From IMG/VR virus record IMGVR_UViG_3300043414_000745, positions 1-50,708 of that record: a stretch of DNA of 50,708 bases; one strand, given 5' to 3'. The position numbers and the translations under genes were made by a program. Position 1 is the stretch's first letter; each line of letters opens with the position of its first letter. Origin of the DNA: a virus. Taxonomy: Duplodnaviria; Caudoviricetes. The notes beneath the pieces are model-generated. The model saw nothing but the letters and a program-made list of their open reading frames with translations. It had not been told where the DNA came from and made no database searches. This document shows positions 44,424 to 50,708 of this stretch, piece after piece.

Positions 44424-45584
44424 ATGGCTTTAAATACTAATCCTTTTGTCGAAGGTATCGACCCAACGAGTACGTTTGGCGGATACGCTAGCGTGCTGCT
44501 GCAGCTAATTCGTCAAGCTCAACCGTCGTCGACGTACGGCATGGTTTTGTTTGACACCACTGCGCCCGACGTGACCGGGGCGAATGCGTGGCGTACGCGT
44601 TGTATTTGGCTTGATCTTACAAATCCAGCATTGCCGACTGTTAATGTGTATCGTACGAGTGCGCCCGGTTGGGTTAATGTGAATAACATTATCGGGAATA
44701 ATGTAATTGTCACGGCGATGATTGCAAATCTGGCTGTAACCATTGCTAAGCTCTCTCCCGCAGGAGGCACCGCTAATCAACTTATCCGCGTTAATGCTTC
44801 AGCTACCGCTTTCGAATTTGTCTCTCTCTCCAGCATCGTAACGCCTAGCTCTATCTTGCCCTCTGCGATCAGCGGCATCGCTGTTTTGCCCGGCACGTTT
44901 CGAGTTCTTGCTAATCTCAATGGCGGAACGACCACGTGGTATCATCCCGATCAGGTCGTGCAGGGAGTTTCTGATGCCGTTATTGATGTGGCGCAGATTG
45001 CGCCCAGTGGCATTACATCAGCACGCAGCCGCTTTATCACTACGCGCACGGCTGATATCACGGCTGACTGGCGTTACTTTGATCCGAACGTAGACATATT
45101 GTCGGGTGCGATGAACGGTAATCGCGTTACTGATAATACTCTTCCAGTCTCAAAGATTATTCCTGGAGCAACTGAGGGATCTTTACTTGCGGTTGTTGGA
45201 GGTACACCTGATTGGATACCTGCTCCGACTGCAAATTATGTCAACAAGTATACTTCGACTGCGACAGCGTTACCGGCTGCGGGTAATGCAATTACTCCGC
45301 TTACGCATGGTTTAGGTGGTCAACCTATCAATGTTTATGGTGTGTTGGTTTGCGTTACGGCAGAACATGGATATATTGCAGATGACGAGATTCCTTTAAA
45401 TCAGCTTTATAGGGTCTCAGGTACCAACGAAGCTCCTATGTGGTATTTTCATGCTACTATAACGCAAATTCATTGCGTACGACTCAATACTGGCGCTACG
45501 CTGGTTACATCTAATGCAACTACTGGTGCTCCAGTATCTCTTAATGATGGTCGCTGGAATATCAAGTTTTACGCTATCCTATAA
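44424..45584 (+). CDS. Tail fibre/appendage protein
   Basis: AVTIAKL-type fibre repeats; C-terminal LTHGLGGQP...CVTAEHGY domain. Confidence 0.65.
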   Translation: MALNTNPFVEGIDPTSTFGGYASVLLQLIRQAQPSSTYGMVLFDTTAPDVTGANAWRTRCIWLDLTNPALPTVNVYRTSAPGWVNVNNIIGNNVIVTAMIANLAVTIAKLSPAGGTANQLIRVNASATAFEFVSLSSIVTPSSILPSAISGIAVLPGTFRVLANLNGGTTTWYHPDQVVQGVSDAVIDVAQIAPSGITSARSRFITTRTADITADWRYFDPNVDILSGAMNGNRVTDNTLPVSKIIPGATEGSLLAVVGGTPDWIPAPTANYVNKYTSTATALPAAGNAITPLTHGLGGQPINVYGVLVCVTAEHGYIADDEIPLNQLYRVSGTNEAPMWYFHATITQIHCVRLNTGATLVTSNATTGAPVSLNDGRWNIKFYAIL

Positions 45585-46573
45585 TGAACTCCCTCATCCA
45601 ACAAGTTTCCGAAACAGTCGGAGTTCTTCCTGACTCACAGGATAAAGAAACACAAGTGCTCGCGTGGCTTAACCGCGCGGCCGTAATGATCTATGACCAA
45701 TATGATCTGCCCGGCTCTGTGTTTGAACAGTTCTTCTGCGTCGACAACAATCAACACGTCGTCACGTTTCCGTGGTATGTAGGTGCGATTCGCGGCGTGC
45801 GCTGGCATGATTCGTCGCGCCTCGTCACTCTCACAGATATGCGTCCGCGCTTTCATGCTGTGCCTTGGACGCAGCCTTATCTTAAATGGCGACAGATGCA
45901 GTCTACGCCGTTGCATACCCCGCTGACGAACGCGGGGCCTTTGACGTTTCAGATCTCTGCGATAGAGACGCAGCCGTTTGACGTGATCGTGAACGGCCAG
46001 ACTTCTCGGGCGGCCAACGTCACAGAGATCATCTCGTTTACGCCCGGCGATCTCATTAAGACCTCCATCAATCTATTCGAGCCCGAAAGCCCATTCGGTA
46101 TCACCTCGATCAAGAAGTCGATCTATACCAACAGTGACGTTGTTATTCTCAACAGCTCAACGCAGGGCGAGATCGGACGCATTCCCAATAACCAACTCTA
46201 TGCTTCCAATCTGCGCGTGCAGATCTTAGATTGGAATGCGGGCGTGCCGTTCATCATAGGCGAAGATTGCGTAGAGGTTCTCTTCAAGCAACGCTTCTCG
46301 CCCTTTGTCAACCTAGATTCGATCTGGACTGATGAGCGTCTTATTCAGGCGTTGGTCTACGCCGTCAAGTATATCTATGCTGTAGAGAAAGAAAAGATGG
46401 ACGTTGCGTCTGTCAGCAAAGATCTGTTTGAAGGTATCTGTAAGAAAGTTTGTGAGAATCTTGAGAGCGGCACTGAGCTAATGGTGCAGACTGAGCGCCA
46501 CGCTACGCAAAATGCCGCTATCATGTTCCCCACTTGGCCGCTTGTTCAGGGAGGAGTACGCAATCTATGGTAG
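45584..46573 (+). CDS. Putative tail adaptor (tubular protein A-like)
   Basis: N-terminal helices with WLNRA; position before the nozzle candidate. Confidence 0.55.
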   Translation: MNSLIQQVSETVGVLPDSQDKETQVLAWLNRAAVMIYDQYDLPGSVFEQFFCVDNNQHVVTFPWYVGAIRGVRWHDSSRLVTLTDMRPRFHAVPWTQPYLKWRQMQSTPLHTPLTNAGPLTFQISAIETQPFDVIVNGQTSRAANVTEIISFTPGDLIKTSINLFEPESPFGITSIKKSIYTNSDVVILNSSTQGEIGRIPNNQLYASNLRVQILDWNAGVPFIIGEDCVEVLFKQRFSPFVNLDSIWTDERLIQALVYAVKYIYAVEKEKMDVASVSKDLFEGICKKVCENLESGTELMVQTERHATQNAAIMFPTWPLVQGGVRNLW

Positions 46574-49095
46574 TCACAAAAACTAATTGGCTTGGCGGAA
46601 TCAATCAGCTATCTGATATCACGAAGCTGAAAGAGGATGAATACTGGATTCTGCTCAACGGTCGCGTTCGCAAGAATTCGGTCGAGGCGGTGAATCTTCC
46701 TCTCGACGTTACGAATAACCTTTCGACTGTCGGTAACATTCAAGACGTTACTGCGGCCGGAAGTCTTCTCGTTGCGTTTGCGGGCGGCAAAGCGTTCTAT
46801 AAAACTACAGATGGAACGTGGCAGTTGATTCCGTCTTTCACGATGGGTTCTACGCAGAGCCGAGTTTACACTGCGCTTGTTCCCGGCTCGACCGTAAACT
46901 TTACACGCGCAGTCACATCATCTACCGGCACACTCACACTTGGAGGCGCTGTCGGAGCGTCACCTTCGGCCTTGATTGTGATGGACGGCGTGATGCAGCC
47001 GTGGATTATTTTCTCTGACGGCACTGCTCGACAGACTGACACTTACGGAAACTGGACCATTGCGCATCCTGAATATGTTCCCGTCGCCAATTATCCGATG
47101 TTCTATAACGGCGTTCTTTACGCGGTTATGGGTGAATCGGGAGCGTCGAGTAGGAAGAATCAGATCGTTCGCTCAGTTACTGGAGCGCCTCTAAACTTTC
47201 TTATCGCAGTCACGCCCACCGGCGACAAGACTTCTCTTAACGAAACAGAGGGCGGCGCTTTGGCAATGGCCACGAATGTCGATTACAACGACGTGACGTG
47301 TCTTGCGCCTATGAATGCCAATGACGGAGGTTTCTTCGTCGGCACTCAGAACTCATCTTTCTTAGTCTATCCAGACTTTAACAATCTGATCTATGCGGAG
47401 CCGACTTTCCGCAATCAGAGCATTACTTCGATTGGGCCGCTAAATCCTGATTCTGTTGTGGACGTGCTAGGGGATGTGGCATTTGTTCATGACACCGGAA
47501 TTAGGAGTTTTAACGGGATCACGCAGTTCCGATTTGAGGGTCGGAATGCGCCTTTTAGCGGCCCAATCAATTCCCTTCTTGATGGTATCACTCAAACGAG
47601 TGCGGCGACAGGCACGCATGACAACTATGCGATCTTCGCCGTCACGACCATCTACGGCAACGGTATTCTGTGGTATGATATGCTACTGCAGAAATTCGTT
47701 GCTCTCGATATTTATCCCGGCGTCGGAAACATAATCAAGTTCGCGTCTACGTTAGACAATGGAACGCGATATACTTACTTCATGACGGCGACCGGGATTT
47801 ATCGCCTCTTCGGATCTTCTGAGCGTGCTACTGTTTCACTCTATGGCTCGGAGGTTGTTCCGTCGGACACCTATAAGAACGTCAAGATGCAGAGTTTGCG
47901 CCTGGCGTTTGATGGCGTGCAGTATGGAGGCACTGTAGAAGCGTTGCTGTATGGAGATGGGCAGCTTGTAAATCGAAAGACTGCAACGATCACACCTCTA
48001 CCACAGAATAACTCTACTCAATCAAGCATCCCCTATAACGGCGGTTTGGATGAGGGCGTTGTAGCAATGACGGAGTTTAACTTTATTGATTCGTCGCCGG
48101 AGGTAGAACGCTGTGGCGTTTTGATAAGATTTGATACAGATGGCCGCTTGATCACAGCCTCGGCTGACGTAGGACAAAGCGGAACTTGGCCGCGCCTAAA
48201 CACCTTCAGAGGCGTTATGCCTCACACCTATGAGACCTTTGCGTTTGTGGGTAATGATGGCATTCCTGATATCGTCGGTGGCACTACGTCGCCCACATTT
48301 ACCTTAGCCGAAGTAACGCAGCGTAAAGCTATCAACGCTCGCATAAGGAATATCACAGGCCTGACTAAGGTTATCGGCACGGGCAATCACAATTACGGTA
48401 TTCCCTTTGTCAGTTATGGCCCGGGCACTGTAGAAGCGCTCGCTCAAACCATCACTCCGTTCTGGGATGCGATCAAGGATAAGCTATTGTTTGTGCCCGG
48501 TCAGGTTGACAATGACTTCGACGCAGCCAGTCCGTTGTTTAACTATCAAACGCATTTAAGATATTTCCAGTACACGAGTCAATACGTTGATGTATTCGTT
48601 ATCAATACCGGCTATGACTCGACTATGTTTCAGACTGAGCTTGATAACATTGTCGCGCTGGGCTTGACGATTGCAGATAGCGTTCAGTTCCAGTGGCTCC
48701 GTAATGCACTGGCGAATAGCACAAAGAAACATAAATGGGTTGTCGTGCATCAGCCTCCTTTCACTAGCGGCAATGACTTCTATAGCGCTACGAATTCTAA
48801 TCCTAATTTGCAGTTTATTCAAGCTGTGCCCTTTAAAAACTGGGGCGCAACTGTTCTCTTGGCTGGATGTGCTGCTCTGGTTGAACGCCTTGACTGGAAT
48901 GGGCTTCCCGTTATTATCAGCGGTGCTGGCGGTAAGGCTCTTACTACCGTCCATAATCCGCCCATCACTCAATCAAGATTTGCCTCGGCCGCTCAAGCAG
49001 CCTATTGGGAAGCCGTAGTGAGTAAGCTCTCGGTTGAGTTTCTCTGTAAAACGGCAACTGGCGCAATTCTCGATAGGTATTTTCAACCAGTATGA
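46567..49095 (+). CDS. Tail nozzle/stabilisation protein fused to a degenerate calcineurin-like phosphoesterase
   Basis: NWLGGIN start and beta-propeller-like body; C-terminal QFQWLRNALANS..KWVVVHQPPFTSG...LLAG...IISGAGG. Confidence 0.7.
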   Translation: MVVTKTNWLGGINQLSDITKLKEDEYWILLNGRVRKNSVEAVNLPLDVTNNLSTVGNIQDVTAAGSLLVAFAGGKAFYKTTDGTWQLIPSFTMGSTQSRVYTALVPGSTVNFTRAVTSSTGTLTLGGAVGASPSALIVMDGVMQPWIIFSDGTARQTDTYGNWTIAHPEYVPVANYPMFYNGVLYAVMGESGASSRKNQIVRSVTGAPLNFLIAVTPTGDKTSLNETEGGALAMATNVDYNDVTCLAPMNANDGGFFVGTQNSSFLVYPDFNNLIYAEPTFRNQSITSIGPLNPDSVVDVLGDVAFVHDTGIRSFNGITQFRFEGRNAPFSGPINSLLDGITQTSAATGTHDNYAIFAVTTIYGNGILWYDMLLQKFVALDIYPGVGNIIKFASTLDNGTRYTYFMTATGIYRLFGSSERATVSLYGSEVVPSDTYKNVKMQSLRLAFDGVQYGGTVEALLYGDGQLVNRKTATITPLPQNNSTQSSIPYNGGLDEGVVAMTEFNFIDSSPEVERCGVLIRFDTDGRLITASADVGQSGTWPRLNTFRGVMPHTYETFAFVGNDGIPDIVGGTTSPTFTLAEVTQRKAINARIRNITGLTKVIGTGNHNYGIPFVSYGPGTVEALAQTITPFWDAIKDKLLFVPGQVDNDFDAASPLFNYQTHLRYFQYTSQYVDVFVINTGYDSTMFQTELDNIVALGLTIADSVQFQWLRNALANSTKKHKWVVVHQPPFTSGNDFYSATNSNPNLQFIQAVPFKNWGATVLLAGCAALVERLDWNGLPVIISGAGGKALTTVHNPPITQSRFASAAQAAYWEAVVSKLSVEFLCKTATGAILDRYFQPV

Positions 49096-49457
49096 GCGCA
49101 TATATCAATGCCGTAAAGCTATTCGACTGGGTGCTTAATCACCCTGGCCGCGAGGCTGCGTTTGGAAGTTCGCCTGACATTGATGTCGTGATGCACTGTG
49201 ACCGTATCTTGAATGGCAAAGATAGTGAGCTATTTGTCATAGAGAAAGAGAATGAAACCCCTTTGATTGCGCTGTGGTGCGAGCTAGATCATGATCGAAA
49301 GAACATTCACATCTTAACTATCCTTGGCGACCGAGGTTCTTTAAGGTCTGCGATTGCCGCGTGGACTGATCTTTATCCTGACTGGTCTGTGAGTGGCGCG
49401 CGGCGCAAGAGTAAGCAAAACGTACAGTATAAACTTTCTGAATTTATCAAACAATGA
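49092..49457 (+). CDS. Hypothetical protein (position of T7 gp13/P22 gp14-like genes)
   Basis: 121 aa, ATGA-coupled on both sides. Confidence 0.65.
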   Translation: MSAYINAVKLFDWVLNHPGREAAFGSSPDIDVVMHCDRILNGKDSELFVIEKENETPLIALWCELDHDRKNIHILTILGDRGSLRSAIAAWTDLYPDWSVSGARRKSKQNVQYKLSEFIKQ

Positions 49458-50708
49458 ACACATTCGAGATTAATCTCTCTATAGTTCTCGGCCACACGTT
49501 GGTCTGGGAATCTACGCGCTTGGAAGTTGACAATGGAATTCCTAGTGGATTCTATCGTAACGGTTCGCCCGTCATTCCGAACACCTCGGAGTCGATGGAA
49601 TCTGTGATGAAGGCTTATCGGGAGAATCTTATCCCGATGATTCAGAATCAAGTGCAGGCCGCTCAGTCTTATGAGCCTGCTATGCAGAAGCTTCGGGCTG
49701 AGATATCGCCCAAAGATCAACAGCTCAATGCGGATCTCTATGCGCAGTTTGGGCCGCAATTCGCAAAGACTGGCTCTGACATTGCGCGACAGAATGCCGA
49801 AGAGCAGGCAAAGACTGACCTTGGTGTCGTAAGCGGCACCGGCCGTGACCTCGTGCGCGAGGCGATGAAGACGCAGAAGGAGGCTGATCCTGAAGCTTAT
49901 CGTGCGCGTGAGCTGGCTTTGCAGAATCTCGAACAGCTTCAAGGATCTCTGACTGATCCCAATGCGGGCTTGAGCGGGGCTGAGCGGGCTGAGGTTGATC
50001 GCTCGATGGCGCGTGAGAACTTTGCACGTGGCACTGGCGCGACCCCGACGGCGACCTCGACTGTGGCTAACGCGATGGCGTTTGGTGGCGCAGGTGAGGC
50101 TCGAAAGCAACAACGTCAAAGCGCAATTGCGAATGCGGCGCAGCTTGCAACGGGCGCAGTGCAGCCTTTGTCGTCGCGCATTGATACGTTCCAGATGACC
50201 ACAGGTCGCCCTTCGATCAATCAAGGCGAATCTCGCACTGGGGCTGCGTCGCAGGTTGGACAAGAGTCGAATGCAATGGGCATGAACTTGTTCGGCAATG
50301 CGAGTCAGATGCGCCAGCAAGAGAATCAACTTAACGCATCACGAAAGACTGGTCTCGATCAGTTCTCGCAGGTTATGGGTTCGCTGCCGTCTTGCTGCTG
50401 GACTTTCGCAGAGGCTTATTACGGCTGGCAGAATATCCCCGATGCGGTTAAGGTGTCGCGTGACTTGCACTATACTCCGCGTATAAGGGAAGGTTATAGA
50501 ATGATGAGCCGCTTTCTAGTACCTAAGATGCAACAGTCTAAAGTCTGGCGCGCTGTCGTTAATGCCCTTCTAATCAAGCCGATGGCTTCTCATGCTGAGT
50601 GGTATGTCAACGGCAAAGGATTTGGATGGATGTTCAGTCCCCTCCAGAAAACTTATCTCGCTTTGTGGGAGCATTACGGAGAACGCGCTGGCGTTCCTGC
50701 CACGGTAT
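49454..50708 (+). CDS. Putative ejection protein, second allele with true N-terminus, runs off the window end
   Basis: ATG at 49454 is in frame (61 codons) with MIQNQ at 49637; homologous to 7..1131. Confidence 0.8.
   Translation, partial: MNTFEINLSIVLGHTLVWESTRLEVDNGIPSGFYRNGSPVIPNTSESMESVMKAYRENLIPMIQNQVQAAQSYEPAMQKLRAEISPKDQQLNADLYAQFGPQFAKTGSDIARQNAEEQAKTDLGVVSGTGRDLVREAMKTQKEADPEAYRARELALQNLEQLQGSLTDPNAGLSGAERAEVDRSMARENFARGTGATPTATSTVANAMAFGGAGEARKQQRQSAIANAAQLATGAVQPLSSRIDTFQMTTGRPSINQGESRTGAASQVGQESNAMGMNLFGNASQMRQQENQLNASRKTGLDQFSQVMGSLPSCCWTFAEAYYGWQNIPDAVKVSRDLHYTPRIREGYRMMSRFLVPKMQQSKVWRAVVNALLIKPMASHAEWYVNGKGFGWMFSPLQKTYLALWEHYGERAGVPATV
49631..50708. repeat. Terminal duplication, copy 2
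   Basis: See 1-1078. Confidence 0.97.

Noticed and set aside
1-50708. Integrase/lysogeny module, tRNA genes, reverse transcriptase/DGR, phage RNA polymerase
   Set aside because: No supporting motifs seen by eye; a tRNA scan and HMM search would be needed to exclude them firmly

Overview
The window is an essentially complete tailed-phage genome of about 49.6 kb. Positions 49631-50708 repeat 1-1078 as a roughly 90% identical strain variant that ends in a 127-bp exact overlap. It has a podovirus-like layout with two arms. The leftward arm (about 28925 down to 7277) carries early, regulatory and replication genes. The rightward arm (29953 to the end, wrapping to 7223) carries terminase, portal, capsid, tail, lysis and ejection genes. 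The arms diverge from a non-coding region at about 28930-29950 and converge on a bidirectional terminator at about 7250. The main result is a self-contained phage sigma54 transcription system. It comprises an intact rpoN gene, a GAFTGA-containing AAA+ activator lacking both regulatory and DNA-binding domains, and ten correctly oriented GG-N10-GC (-24/-12) promoter candidates. Eight of the ten have a non-canonical -12 element (AGC, mostly AAGCT, instead of TTGC), and NtrC-geometry enhancer palindromes lie upstream of the first early promoter. Other oddities: a family A DNA polymerase cleanly split in two with an ATP-dependent ligase gene in frame between the halves, a tail nozzle fused to a degenerate metallophosphoesterase, a signal-peptide protein co-transcribed with the capsid, and several structured non-coding RNA candidates. 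All calls come from reading motifs by eye; no searches were run.
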